Assembly: GCA_030704615.1 (NCBI GenBank)
Contig: CM060731.1
Span: 22,630,001 to 22,694,000, forward strand
Direction: 5' to 3'
Length of the DNA: 64,000 nucleotides
From: Takakia lepidozioides
Lineage: Eukaryota; Plantae; Bryophyta
Shown here: piece after piece, positions 1-12,679 of the stretch
Position numbering within the stretch: the stretch's first letter is position 1
Layout: each line of letters opens with the position of its first letter
Notes under the pieces: generated by a model
What the model was told of the DNA's origin: nothing
The model's input: the letters and a program-made list of their open reading frames with translations, nothing else
The model's database searches: none
Translations under genes and position numbers: made by a program

Positions 1-831
1 CTTTTTTCCCTCTGGGCTTATCAAAGGGCAGTAACTTTTATGGTTTCACACAATGCTAAAGAACCCCTGTTGACAATTCCACAATGAAGATGGTGAGCAT
101 GTGTTTCTGAACAATGTGTGCATTAGATCTGTAGTCATTAAATGACACAACTGGAGTGGTCTGGCCAGGTGAAGGTGCAATCTCTGTAAATGCTTTGCCA
201 AACAAGGCCAGGAGTGTGAAAGACAGGAGAGAGAAGACTCCAGCCAAAGCCAGTGGAAAGGGCAGGATATCTATGGGAGCTCCAGGAGGATGATAAGGAG
301 AAAAATAAGCCAACATTGTGTTCAAATAGCAGATCTGTGATAGAAGGGCTTTAGGCGGCAGCCATGTGATAATTGAGGGGCTAACGCAGTAGCTCCTACA
401 AGAGACAACTATGACTGGATAGTCCAAGTATTGTTTGTGTGTTCAGGATATTGACAGGCGACGAAGATACTCCTGTGTAGGCGTTCTGCTCTCAGACAAG
501 CCTTTTGGTGGCCTGTGAGGGGCTTCGTTAGGCTGTCACTTGGCAGCTGTTTGGCGAGTGCTTCTGAGGTGAGCTTACATCAACTCAGTTAAGGTATCTG
601 GAACTTAACCACAGAGGAGCAACTGCACAAAAAGCACATCACACAGATTAACAGGGTTGGAGATTAAAAGTTGCGAGGTGGGCACAAAGAAGGGGTCAGA
701 GGAAGGGGTTTCAAAAGTCCATCGCTTGCCCTGAATTCTGCGTCACTCTATTGAAATTCCTTTATCATCTGTCTATTGTACAGACAGTTAATCTGCCACG
801 GCAGATCTGGATACATCCCCAATTTCTGAGC

Positions 832-3074
832 ATGGCTACTCACGATGCAAATACGCCAGGGGCTCTAGATACCAAGGATGCAATCAATGTGGAGGAAGCA
901 ATGCCAGAGGAACTACAAGGTGACGATGACACACGCCATTATAAGAAAGGGATGTGGACCATTTCAGAGCTACTTGTGTTGCAAGCTGTGAGGAGAGAGG
1001 ATTTTGAGAAGCAATCTAAGGGTGGGAATCGAGAGAAGCACAGGTCAGCTAACTTCTCATTCCTTTATAGTTTGAGCGTGAGGATATCTGTCTCTATCCA
1101 TCTGTGCCAATTCATGTCATGCAGCTGGAGATCTTGTGATTTTTATAGCTAAATCAAGCAAAAGGTGTTGTGGGCACCTAGCATTATGCTGTCGTGTGAA
1201 GGCAAAGAGCTCGCTCAGCTAGTGATTGTACTTTGGAGGCCTTACATAGGCCTCTCAATTGAAAACCCAAGTTTTGTTGTTTACTAGTCAGCACAAATCA
1301 AGAGCCCAGTGCTCCTGGAGGTCCCAACACGCGATTTCCACCTGATAGGACCAATGATGCCTCAGGACTCCTGTTGTTGGCCTGCTTGACACAGGGTCAT
1401 CCTCTTGTGCCGCTTGCACGGAACTCTTCAAACTTGGGTTCTCACTTGGTATCTTTGTATCTTGGCACTTTAGATACACTGGAGGTTTGGGGCTTTCATT
1501 GATTTAGATATATATGTGGCACTCTTTGCAGCCCAAAATGAAATACCAATTGTTGAACTGAACTTTCACTGGAGACCCTGATGTAAAACGGCCCTATCAA
1601 GTGGATCTTCCTGTAGGTCACTGTTAATGGGAATTATTAGTTACACTGAACTTAGCATAAGCATGACTCCACTAAGACATATTTTATGTAGTGCACCTAG
1701 TATTGGGAGGCAATGGGCTCTTAAGAGTCTCATATATTGTTCTCTAGCAAAGACAGTGAGAGATATCTAGGACAGTTCAGACTCTTTTGTCCACAAATAT
1801 TCTTGCAACCATCTGAATTTAAAATCCTGTATTGGTTAGGGTTCAAAATGCTGAGGGTTATCTTCCATCAAGTCCAACTCCATTCTCTAAGTTAGTCAGG
1901 GATGGTCTCAAAGCCATAGAGGATGTACCAGGAATATACATGGTTGGCTACCTCATAGAAACCCTTTGCCATTTGCATGTGTCAATTAGAATATTGTGTG
2001 GCAGCTTTGAACACCAGTGAGCACATAGCAGGTCAGCCCACGAGCGATGGAAATGGATGGAGGATCAATGCTGGGCTCAAGGGGTGCAGCGGAGTGCAGG
2101 CCAGTGCCAGGACAAGTGGGAGGGCATCACTGCAGGCTTCAAAAAGGTGAGTGACTACGAAAAGCAGGTCAATATCGGGCAAGTCTCGTACTGGCAATTG
2201 GGGAGCGACGAGAAGAAGAAACTGCGGTTACCCCCTAATTTTCACAAGGAGGTTTTCCTAGCTCTCCAGGAGTGGTATGTCAAGAGTCGCACTGGTGAAC
2301 CAGGTGTCCTTTTCGATGCATTGGGCCCCACGAGAGGTGCGGGTGCGTTATTACCTCGTCATTTGTAGTGATAAAAGGTTTATCTCCACTACAGACTATG
2401 TGAGTGCTTTACATGTAGCTGCAGCTGTGGCCTTCTGCCATATTTACTACCATAAAACCATGTTTCCTTGTGGATGGGATGATTTGGCTGGTAACCGAAC
2501 TGTGGTTGATCTGTCATGCTGGTTTTGCAACAAAGGGCCTTGGGTTCTTAGGCTATACGTGGGGCTTCTGGATGGTCCCCAAGAGCTGCTTTGCTGTTTT
2601 TCAACTCGTAAATTGGTCTGGAAACCTTCAATAGTGCATGAACTTTAGATGCAGGGTAGGAGCCCTCTACTTCATATCCTGTTGTCTCTGTCAGTTGTTA
2701 ATAGCTAATTGTATCTTGCAGCAAGCAACATGGATTTCTCAGGCTCTGTAGGAGATGAGAGCGATGAAAACGACATCGGCCCCACTCCCACAGGGAAGCG
2801 AAGAAGGCTTGGGGGCTCAAAGTCAAGGGGCCTAGATGGAATAGCAGGTGCGCTTGAACGGAACAACAAGAATATGGTGGAGGCCTTGAGGCAATCAGAA
2901 GAGAGAAAAGACAGCAGGCACAAACAAATTATGCAATTTGAGCGTGAAATGCATAAAGATCTCGTGGAGCTTCAATTGAAGCTAGGCACTGGCTACATTA
3001 CTGCATTGAACCGGATTGGGGATGCCCTTGAGAAAATTGCAATGGCGATGCAGGCAACCCTACGGCCCTTATAG
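832..3074 (+). CDS. Trihelix (Myb/SANT-like) transcription factor, SH4/ASR3-like; join(832..1043,2032..2342,2722..3074), ~291 aa
   Basis: The spliced frame reads YKKGMWTISELLVL...KHR|SAHERWKWMEDQCWAQGVQRSAGQCQDKWEGITAGFKKVSDYE...SYWQL...LRLPPNF, with the trihelix W..W..W core and a C-terminal coiled coil. Both GT-AG introns are phase-compatible. Confidence 0.85.
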
Positions 3075-5048
3075 GAGTGCCTAGGTTTCAGTCTACTACT
3101 GAGATTGTTAGGGTCACTTGCTTGCTATGTATCCATTGGTCATTGTTTGCCATTCCACACAAGCAATACAAGTAAGGTCCTGCTGGACAGAGCAGAACTC
3201 AAATGGTAGATCAGGTGGCTCATGCTTTGTTCACTCATCTTTGATCCCCACATTGTGGGGGTCCCTATATTTGTAGTTCAATTTTTTGCCATCAAGTTAT
3301 GGCTGGTTTACTAATGGAGTATTGTCTTGGACATTTGACTTGAAAATGAGGGAATGTATGCTCTAGTGTAGGTCAACACAGCACAACTTCGAGCATTCGA
3401 GCCCCATGGGCGCGAAGACCAACCTTGTATCTTTCCTATTGTGTCCAAAATGTACAAACCTGTGGTGATTGGGAGGCCAATTGGTTGCAAAATGGGTACC
3501 TCTTTGAGCATGCATCCAAGTGGGTTACATTGTTACATCATCACTTATTTCCCACTTTACTTCAGGAAAAGAATCATCTCATAGATACAATCTTTTTGTT
3601 CAAAGATCTGTCCAGACAATTTACTGGACATGTGTCTCTATTCACTTTTGGCATGCAGTCGATGTATCATAGGACTCCAACAGGACTCCAACGGGGGATG
3701 GACTTCACAAATTGACAAAGATGATTGATGGTAAATTAAAGTCTCCTTAGTTTGAGAGATTTGTCATGAGTCTCTCTGGCAAAGCCTTAGAAAATAATTA
3801 CAATCTCCTGGATTTGGCATCACATCAAAGGCACAACAATTAGGAGCAATTTGTTGTTGTTTGTACTTGTGTATATCTTTTGTAGTTTGGTGAAAGAATT
3901 GGCTATGGCTAGAATAGATATGTGCCTTCAGATACATAGATGATGAGTTTTGGCAACTCTGCGCAAGTTTGCATGCTTGACATGATCAATACAACCCTCT
4001 CGGTCCCACAATTCGGATTCAGCGAGTCACCTACGATTCTAGTGTTGACTTTCCTGAGATTCTGTTCTTGAAAAACTTGATTTTGTTCAATACTAGGCAA
4101 GAAGAATAAGAGACTCTTGCCGAACTAAGCATAAGGTGGAGCGAAGGTGGAGCAAATACATGGTTGCCCTCGGGTACCCACATAATATAATTCTAGTGCC
4201 CCACATAATATAATTCTAGTGACGACTGAAGGTCAGAGACTAGTTTAGTGTAGAGCAAGAATAGGGTGTCCTTGTGCCACATCATTGTCGCCATTTTGTT
4301 TCAACCTGCCCGGATTGCCAGAACAAACCGAAAATAAGTTATGAACCTGTCTGAAGCTTGTTGAATCCTCTAATCGGATTTTCATGGAGGTGTTGAGCCC
4401 TTTCATTGAGAGCATATTGTTCTGACAAATACAGAGAGAATGTACTCGTAAGCATTGTTTACTCAGTGCTGTAGCCTTGTGGTCATCGACCCTGTGTCCA
4501 GTTTCGTGAGGAACAAAAGGAAATAGATGCTACCTTTGTGAGGGGCTCACTCAAGTAGCCTGACTTACCTTAGTAGAAATAATTGTTCGGGTTTTCGAGA
4601 TATCCCTTCACACAAACACCAACTTGCTGTGTATGAGCTGCCCAGCAATTATACTCCAACAGGGCCAGGGCTTTAGGCCCAGCCTCAAGATTACCACCCT
4701 GAGTTAGTTTCAGTCTAGAGAGAGAGAGAGAGGGACTCCATGCCGACCCTCCGAGGGAGCTGTCATTGGCGCTCGATTGCATAGCCAGAGAGGCACCAAA
4801 TTCTCACAATTGACAAACTGGAAGAAGGTAACATTTGCACTCTCGTAATCAAAAGGGTCGTTTCTCAGCCGCCTCGACCTCCCAAGGCACAGGCATGCAG
4901 AAATACAACCTCGCTTGAATGCTGCTTTGATAAATGCCTGTTCTTCCCTGTTCTACTGCTGCCAGGTCCCATTGGACCCATACCAGCACCCACCGCAGAC
5001 CCAATAGATCCCCCTCCTCCAGCCACACTTGCCACTGTCCGACATTTC

Positions 5049-6340
5049 TTAAGCAAAAACCAAATTTGAGCCTCTGTTGACGACTGGATCATCTTGCGGA
5101 AACCTATCTCTATCGTGTTTCCAGGCCTGACTGGCCCACACATCAAACCTGAGGACTTTTACTGCAATGCTTGTCTCAGGATGTAGGCATTTCCAGGAGA
5201 CAAAGAAGAAGCAGACCCTGTTTGCATACTGATAAAAGCCATCTGTCATACGTGTGATAGCAGTATACCTACTGGTCTTGTCAGTAATGTTTTTTCTCCT
5301 CAACTGGAAAATCATCCAAGCAGACAAACAGCAACTGGTGTACACTGCCCAGGAAACAAGACGGGGGCTGAACCTGACATAAGAGAAATGGTCGATGCTT
5401 GCCACCCTGTGGCACCTGCATTCCTGCCTGAGGCATTGTTAGAGGCTGAAGCCTGTAATCAGCAATCTTTGCCGCCAAGATCAGCAATCTGACTTCATTT
5501 CACTTGAAGCTGCACTAACCGAGGTTAGATGATTACTAAGATGCATACAATTGGCTTCCAACTTCTCCAAGAACTTCCAGCTACTTCGCAAACAGAGTTA
5601 GACCTGATGATTTGGCATGAGGCTAAGGAGAAACATTTGTTGGATCAAATGGGCCCCAAAATTTGTGTCTTTCAGTTTGACTTGTTCCTTATCTCCCGAT
5701 CCAAATGGTGCACCAGAATACTAGGATTAAGGTGGTGTTCCTTCCATAGGAAAAGCTACAGTTTCAGAGTTGGCTGCAGCTTTTTGGGGGCAGGTGTCCA
5801 GACTGACAGGGCCCTGTGGACATACATGTGTTCTCACCTGAAAGTACACACATCAAATTATGGTCCCAGCTACTGATGGAAAGAACCCAGCTAATGACAG
5901 CCAGGGAAGAGCACACCAAGTAAGATAAACAGTGGTCGAACCTGAGCTAATTGGCACTAACAAAATACACTCTCAGGCACACAGCACAGGGATTGAGACC
6001 TACCTGCCTATCTGCAACGCTGTTCGCGCTCGCGATTAACATCATCAGCAGTTATAACGGCCAGAACATTGTCCAGGATGCTCTCAGGGTTGACCACACT
6101 TTTGTCATCCCGAATGCGCCTTCCTAGAGAAGGGATGCCGGAAACAGAAGTGAACGTTCTTGACACGCATCTGCCACTTTGTGCAAGAATAACGAAGAAT
6201 CAATGCAATGTCGGGCTGCCCAATCCCATGAACGAATACAGACCATAGTAGACTCCCAACCGTGCTAGCGGGTAGTTTCCACATCGTTCTCCAAAAGGCC
6301 CAACCCTCCTCACTCCCTACTCTCTCTGCACTCTGCACCC
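5049..6340 (-). mobile_element. Highly degraded non-LTR (LINE) 3' remnant, zf-RVT-like
   Basis: Broken peptides WRTMWKLPASTVGSLLWSV, CRCHRVASIDHF and AWMIFQLRRKNI resemble the LINE C-terminal zf-RVT / W-x-IW-xx-RN motifs. There are many stops. Confidence 0.3.
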
Positions 6341-7091
6341 AGTAGCCTCTATCGGAAGCTTACCAGTTCCGTCCGGATTCCTTTTCTTGCACTTCCCGGA
6401 TCCATCACCGTCATCGTGGGATCATCAGGAAAGTGGTTGACATCCACTCTTCTTCCTCCCCAACGTCAGCATAGCCAAGCCATCATCGGCCACTACAAAT
6501 CTGCTGGAATTCTCGCGGCGTTTGGCCACCAGGACGGTGTAGTCCGCTTCAGAGACACTATCATATACTTTATCTTCCAGCTTCAGCTGACAAGCATCTA
6601 TCTGGCAGCCCCCTGGCTGCTTCAGATTCCGTAACTCGATCAGCGGTGCGGTCCTCGCTGAAGCTTCCGGAGCTTGGTCCTTCTCCTGCTCCTATCACTC
6701 CCACGACCGCTTGCCATGCCACTCTTTACTAAATCAATCCCTTTCAACCTTTCCACGATACCCAGTGGCCCATGGGTTGAGTCCAGCAAACAAGTAGCAG
6801 AAAAAGACCTTGCAAACTGCTGTCACGTGAATGGACTGCGTTTTCAAAAATCTCAACAGACGCACAAGAGAAGAAATCATCAACGTTGCCTGCTCTCAAG
6901 CCTTTGTTCTCGCACAACAGAAATCGATAGCAGCCCAGCTCAAGAAGATCCGTCTTGGTTCACCGCCCAGGGTGAACCAAGTAACCCCAGGAAGGAAAAA
7001 AAGTTCCTTGTTCTGTCATGAATCAGGGGCTGGTTATATTGTGGATCAATTTGTTAAAATTCAGCGATTCTTAATGTGCCCTGATTGAACA

Positions 7092-10031
7092 TCACCAGAA
7101 ATCCCCACACGAACAGGTACCATTCTTGAAATGATGGAGGCGGTTGGCATCCCTTGCAAAAATTTCACAGCCAACAATCTTGGAGATAAACTTGGTGGCA
7201 GTGTGGCAGTCGCCACAAACACGGAGATTTTTGGTGATGTGGATAGGCTTCCCAGGAGGCATGCTGATGAGCCCAAAAGCAATGGCCAGCTTTTCACTAT
7301 GGTGTGATAGGGCCTGTTCCTTTGACCCCTGATCCACATCATGCAAGACATAGCCTGTGTTGGGCACATATCCCGCATCTTTGATGAGCCTAGTCAGTCT
7401 CTCTAACTCAGAATAGATCTCCTTTGTTTGTGCGTGTGATTTATCTGCAACAAGGAATGTATGTCTCTTGTTGTTGACCTCAATCCAACTGCACCCGGGC
7501 TCCTTTTTGACATTTCTGTCCTCCATCACTTTCCTTACCTTGGCTACAGCATCCCACTTGCCAGCCACTGCATAGATGTTTGAAAGCAGCACATACCATG
7601 CAGCATTTTGCGGTTCCAAGTTCAGGAGACGTTCTGCTGTGCGTTCTGCCACATCTACATTGCCGTGGACTCTGCAGGCACCAAGTAAGGCCCCCAACAC
7701 CGGAGGATCTGGTTCAAATGGCATCTTGTTGATGAAGTCTTCTGCCTCATCCAAGTGTCCTGCACGGCCAAGAAGGTCAACCATGCAGCCGTAGTGTTTT
7801 CCTGTTGGTGTAATGCCATGATCTCGGTTCATCGAGAGGAGATAATGACGACCTTCTTCCACTAGGCCCATATGGCTGCATGCAAAGAGAACACCAATAA
7901 ATGTGATGTTGTCTGGCTTAATCTGGTCAACAGGCATTTGCTCAAAAAGTTGAATAGCCTCCTTACCATGCCCATGCTGGGCATATCCTATTATCATCAC
8001 ATTCCACGAGTACACGTCTTGTTCCAGTATTTTGTCAAAGACCTGCCGTGCATCCCCCACACTACCACACTTGGTATACATGTCCACAAGTGCATTCCCT
8101 ACACAAACATCTAACTCAGATTCAGATTTGATGATGTGGGCATGGACCCACTTGCCCTCTGCCAGGGTTCCTAGACTAGCGCAGACTTCGAGGATGCTCA
8201 TGAAGGTGACTTTGTTTGGCTTCACACCTTCTTCTTGCATTTGCTGAAAGAATTTGAAAGCCTCCTCACCCTGACCATGCTGAGCAGATCCTCCAATCAT
8301 CGTGGTCCAAGAGATCACATCGCGCTCAGGCATTTTGAAGAAGACTCGGCGAGCATCTACTATACTTCCACACTTGCAGTACATGTTGACGAGGGCATTC
8401 CCCAATCGGACATCTGACTCACATCCAGCTTTGATGATGCATGTATGGAGCCGTTTACCCTGTTCCAGTGCTGCTGGTGAGGTACATGCATTGAGGATGC
8501 TAATGAAAGTAACAGTATCTGGCTTCACAATCCCTCCTTGCATTTGCCAAAAGAGTTCCAAAGCCTCCTGAGCATGACCATGCTGAGCAAATCCTGCAAT
8601 CAGTGCATCCCATGAGACAACATCTTGTTCAGGCATTTGGAAGAATACTTGGTGTGCATCCTCCACACTTCCACACTTGAAATACATTCTCACAAGAGCA
8701 GTCCCCACTCGGACATCTGATATAAATCCAGCTTTGATAATGGCGACATGTAGCCTCTTGCCCTGTTCCAAAGCTGCTGGATTGGCACATGCACTGAGGA
8801 TGCCAATGAAAGTGACCTTGTTAGGCTTCACGCCTTCTTGTTGCATTTGCTGAAAAAGTTCAAAAGCTTCTTCACCATCACCACACTGAGCAGACCCTGC
8901 AATCATCGCAGTCCATGAGACAACATCTCGAGCACGCATTTTAAAGAACACTTGGTTTGCATCCACAACACTCCCACATTTCCAGTACATGCTGACAAGG
9001 GCATTACCCACTGGGATATCTGACTGAAGTCCAGCTTGGATAATGTCCACATGGAGCTGCTTGCCGTGTTCCAAAGCGGCCTTACTAGCACAAGCGTTAA
9101 GGATACTGATAAAGGTGACTTTGTTTGGCTTCAAGCCTTCTTGTTGCATTTGCCAATAGAGTTCAAGAGCCTCCTCACCATGGCCAAGCTGAGCAGATCC
9201 TGAAATCAGTGCAGTCCATGTAATCACATCTCGCTCAGGCATTTTGTAGAACACGACATGTGCATCAGCCATGCTGCCACACTTGCAATACATGCTGACC
9301 AGGGCATTGCCAACTCTGATGTCCGACTCAAATCCAGCTTTGATGATGCTTGCATGGAGCCACTTTCCCTGTTCCAGAGCTCTTGGGCTCGCACATGTGT
9401 TAAGGATGCTGATAAAAGTGATTTTGTTCGGTTTCACACAATCTCGCTGCATCTCTCGAAAGACTGCAAGTGCCTCTTCACCATGACCGTGCCGAGCCAA
9501 TCCTGCAATCATTGCATTCCACGAGATCATGCTTCGTTTAGGCATTCTATCAAATACTTGTCGTGCATCCACAACTCTTCCAGATTTTATATACAAGCTG
9601 ACAAGACTGTTTGCCAGGTGGATGTCTGGCTGGAATCCACTTTTGATGGTGTGATTATAGAACCCCTTGCCATCTTCCTGTGCTTGCATCTTAGCATCTC
9701 CCTGCAAGAGACTAGGGCTATTGGAATCTTCACTGAAACCTGGTTGATCCATCGGCTCCTTCAATCGGTTCTCAAACACTCCACCCACATACCCACTAGT
9801 TCCACAAATGCCCTTTCTTGCTGCTTCACTAGAAAGAAGGACGATGGTGGACCCGTACAAGGTAATACCGTCGCTCCCAAACCGTCGCACAGCCCTACAC
9901 GAGAACACGAGGACACTTCGATAAAATGTAGAAGAGTCTGATGTACAAACATCCACCGATCGGAACCCATATCCTAATCCACTCCAACACACAGTTAAAC
10001 AAGGATGCACGTCATTCCACAGAATACTCAC
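7092..10031 (-). CDS. PLS-class PPR protein with E1/E2 and DYW (PG-type) deaminase domain; organellar C-to-U RNA editing factor
   Basis: 19 S/P/L motifs, then E1/E2, the PG box KKEPGCSWIEV, HSEKLA...RVCGDCH and C-terminal HHFKNGTCSCGDFW. The frame is open to 10031 but the first ATG is at 9752, so the true 5' end may be an upstream exon (candidate ATG 11067). Confidence 0.95.
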   Translation of the reverse strand: MSILWNDVHPCLTVCWSGLGYGFRSVDVCTSDSSTFYRSVLVFSCRAVRRFGSDGITLYGSTIVLLSSEAARKGICGTSGYVGGVFENRLKEPMDQPGFSEDSNSPSLLQGDAKMQAQEDGKGFYNHTIKSGFQPDIHLANSLVSLYIKSGRVVDARQVFDRMPKRSMISWNAMIAGLARHGHGEEALAVFREMQRDCVKPNKITFISILNTCASPRALEQGKWLHASIIKAGFESDIRVGNALVSMYCKCGSMADAHVVFYKMPERDVITWTALISGSAQLGHGEEALELYWQMQQEGLKPNKVTFISILNACASKAALEHGKQLHVDIIQAGLQSDIPVGNALVSMYWKCGSVVDANQVFFKMRARDVVSWTAMIAGSAQCGDGEEAFELFQQMQQEGVKPNKVTFIGILSACANPAALEQGKRLHVAIIKAGFISDVRVGTALVRMYFKCGSVEDAHQVFFQMPEQDVVSWDALIAGFAQHGHAQEALELFWQMQGGIVKPDTVTFISILNACTSPAALEQGKRLHTCIIKAGCESDVRLGNALVNMYCKCGSIVDARRVFFKMPERDVISWTTMIGGSAQHGQGEEAFKFFQQMQEEGVKPNKVTFMSILEVCASLGTLAEGKWVHAHIIKSESELDVCVGNALVDMYTKCGSVGDARQVFDKILEQDVYSWNVMIIGYAQHGHGKEAIQLFEQMPVDQIKPDNITFIGVLFACSHMGLVEEGRHYLLSMNRDHGITPTGKHYGCMVDLLGRAGHLDEAEDFINKMPFEPDPPVLGALLGACRVHGNVDVAERTAERLLNLEPQNAAWYVLLSNIYAVAGKWDAVAKVRKVMEDRNVKKEPGCSWIEVNNKRHTFLVADKSHAQTKEIYSELERLTRLIKDAGYVPNTGYVLHDVDQGSKEQALSHHSEKLAIAFGLISMPPGKPIHITKNLRVCGDCHTATKFISKIVGCEIFARDANRLHHFKNGTCSCGDFW

Positions 10032-10744
10032 AAACTTTCAAGAGTGCAAAGTCTTCCAATTTCAACTACAGTGAGGGTGGGGAGTGGAGCATACCAACAG
10101 TGCAGATTTGTCTTTGGAAGCCCATTGCACAGCACCAAAAGCAAGTAGGAAATCATCCCTCATTTTCCGCCGTTTCTGCAAAAGGTACCGCATTGGGCTG
10201 TAAGCACAGTAGCGGCCAAGTCATCTGCGGGCATCCTACATAAGCGGACAAGACCTGTTTACAGATGGAGGATTCTGCACAAAGCCAATTCGAAAGTCTG
10301 CACAAAGCCCCTTGAGTATTTCCCCATCAATTAGTGTGATGCATGTTGCAAGCTATGATCTTCTCCAGTCTCCAAATCTGCATAGAAATGAAAGAATCTC
10401 GGGGGTCGATGATCAGAACTCATGTGTCCATCGCAGTATCTCTAAGGGCTCTGGTGGAGTATATGAGACCGACCTTACTGGCTCTTATGTTGGGTAGGTA
10501 TGCAGTGCAGGTTGCTAATTGCACCAGCACAACAATACTCCTTTTGAGACTGCTGCTCCACAATTGCTTACCACTAGACCTGAATGTCTTAACTCTTTCT
10601 TCAATAACGTTAACACAGAGAATCAGGCCAGTATACATACACATGATCCGAGAACTAAAAGACGCCAATTTCCTTGCTCAAGGAAAGATGCAACCTTTCT
10701 CTTAATGCTGACACAAATTTTATCATCGACCTGTTATTGATGCA

Positions 10745-11215
10745 AGGACAAATTGAAGCTGGATAGCTCCTACACACACAGTTTGGAGGCTCAAACAAAT
10801 AATCAACGATTTACATGTCATACCTTCCTCTGTTATCGGCTGGGGAGCAGGCTATGCATCACAGCCATCTCTTGTGACTGTCGGGAACCAAGACCAGAAT
10901 CTGCCAAGCTGGATATCCATTTCAGCGGCCCATCCCGACCCAATGATCTGATTTGTGATATCAAACTTTCTGCCCCTCCACGGCAAGGCCAAGGAAGGGC
11001 AGGGCCTCCCCCGCTTCCCCGCACCCCCTTCCCCCGCGCTCAGAAGAGCAGGGGAACTCGCAGCCATCGCTGCGCCTGCGAAACTGCCATGGAGAGCCTG
11101 TTTGCAGAGTCTTCTTCCTACCCATCAAATTTTCAAAAACTTCTGTTAAAACCAAATGTTTTACGTAGATGGGTCTTTGGGTTATAAATCGGAGGTGAGA
11201 ACTGGAGTGATCTCT
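10745..11215 (-). repeat. PPR upstream/leader segment, duplicated inverted at 37181-37610
   Basis: GGACAAATTGAAGCTGGATAGCTCCTACACACACAG ... ATAAATCGGAGGTGAGAACTGGAGTGATCT recurs as the reverse complement at 37181-37610. Confidence 0.9.
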
Positions 11216-11336
11216 TCCGAGGCCAAAAAGCTGATGGGAAGTAGCAGGATTGGAGCCCATAATTTCCCTGTGGATTTGAAGTAGTGAAGGGTGAAGGACA
11301 CAAAACGATCGACAAGGCGCCTAAAGCGTGGGAAGG

Positions 11337-12217
11337 ATGAGTGTCAATTCATCTTGTTGTGCTCCGTCTCTTGCATCGACCTCAGGATTTCAATTATGTG
11401 TTTCCTCGCATAGACCTGGGTTTGCTCTATCGTCCAGGGGCTCAACTGCTTCGTTTTCAAGACAGTTGCTTCAGATTGGAAATGTGGGTTCCAGACATAG
11501 TATCAAAGGAGTTGTGGAATGGCGAGCCATGGCTACAGACAACGGGAACAGTGCAGAGGATAGTAAAATTAGCTCAAGCACCCAAGAAATTGGGAAGGTG
11601 TCCACGGCAGTTGATGACGCCAGTCCACCGTCAAAAGGGTTTGGGGGTAGCATAAAACCTGGGGCAGGCAAATCGTCGAAGGAGGCGAAGAAGTCTGGCA
11701 CCATTCGACGATCTGCGCCACAACAACCGCTACTTGAGGCCCCTGGCGATCCACAAGCTCAACAGATTGAGACAGCCTACCTCTTATCACTTGCTTTCTT
11801 AGGCGTTCTCATCTTCGTCCAAGGTCTTGCATTAGCGGCCTCAGGTACCCTGCAATCGTCTCTCTTAACAAGCTGTGTCCTGAAGCTATTGTCAATATAG
11901 TCCCTCGATTTTGAAGGGGTTATGAGAAAATTGCTTTGTGCTTCTGTAATGCGAATGGGAATCGGGATCAGTGAAAAAATCTTTCTGTGAATTTGCAAGT
12001 AGGTTCGTAGAGGTTAGCATCAAGCTCTCTGTCTTTCACCGCCTTGTTTTGTTGCTGAGAGTTGTCATCTTTCCCTGCAGGACTTTTGCCCGATGAATGG
12101 GATGAGTTCTTGGTGAAATCCGTGTACCCGGCATTCACACCTACTGTAGGGTTGTTCCTGGCTGGTGGGGCAGGCTATGGGCTGTACAAGTATCTAGGGG
12201 GCAATGGGGGGAAGTAA
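11337..12217 (+). CDS. LPA2: LOW PSII ACCUMULATION 2-like thylakoid protein; join(11337..11844,12081..12217), 214 aa
   Basis: Ser-rich transit peptide, KGFG motif, IRRSAPQQP, then ETAYLLSLAFLGVLIFVQGLALAASG|LLPDEWDEFLVKSVYPAFTPTVGLFLAGGAGYGLYKY, the two-TM C-terminus typical of LPA2. One GT-AG intron. Confidence 0.88.
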
Positions 12218-12679
12218 ATCTTATGCTTGAGTCTGTGTGAGAAAAATAGGGTTACAAGCTAAGGAGATGCGGGGTTCATGAAGGGTGCTCTCCAGACGTC
12301 GTTTCCTGCACTTGTAGTAGGCTGGGAGAATGAAAGCCAAGGCTGGTTTTGATTGTTGTGTAAGATATCATCATGGCCAAGTTTAGATGGCTTACCATCT
12401 GTTAAACGGAATGCTGGGGATGTACTGCAACTCTCACTGTGGAGTTGTAATCTCTCACTGTTTTCATCTTTTGGTCCGAGCTAAGATCGACTGAATGTCT
12501 ATCTTAGACAAGAGAAGGACAAGTGAGAGGTTGCAGATCATATCCTTGTATCGCGCATAACAAATATTGAATCACAACTGGATGGCTATAAATTGAATGA
12601 GAACAAACAAGGACAGCGAGTAAGGAGCTCCAACAGCGTGGACACACTTAAGGACCTGATTGCAAGGGCTGCAAGTCTC

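Noticed and set aside
4177-4221. 22-bp tandem duplication CCCACATAATATAATTCTAGTG
   Set aside because: An isolated intergenic duplication with no associated structure.
832-7000. Trihelix gene as the Myb partner of a PIF/Harbinger transposon
   Set aside because: No DDE transposase motifs or TIR/TAA ends were seen nearby, and the protein fits host SH4/ASR3-type factors.
7144-9941. Plus-strand ORFs over the PPR gene, and similar antisense ORFs over MED16, the MFS gene and gag-pol
   Set aside because: They are shadow ORFs of real coding sequence on the opposite strand.
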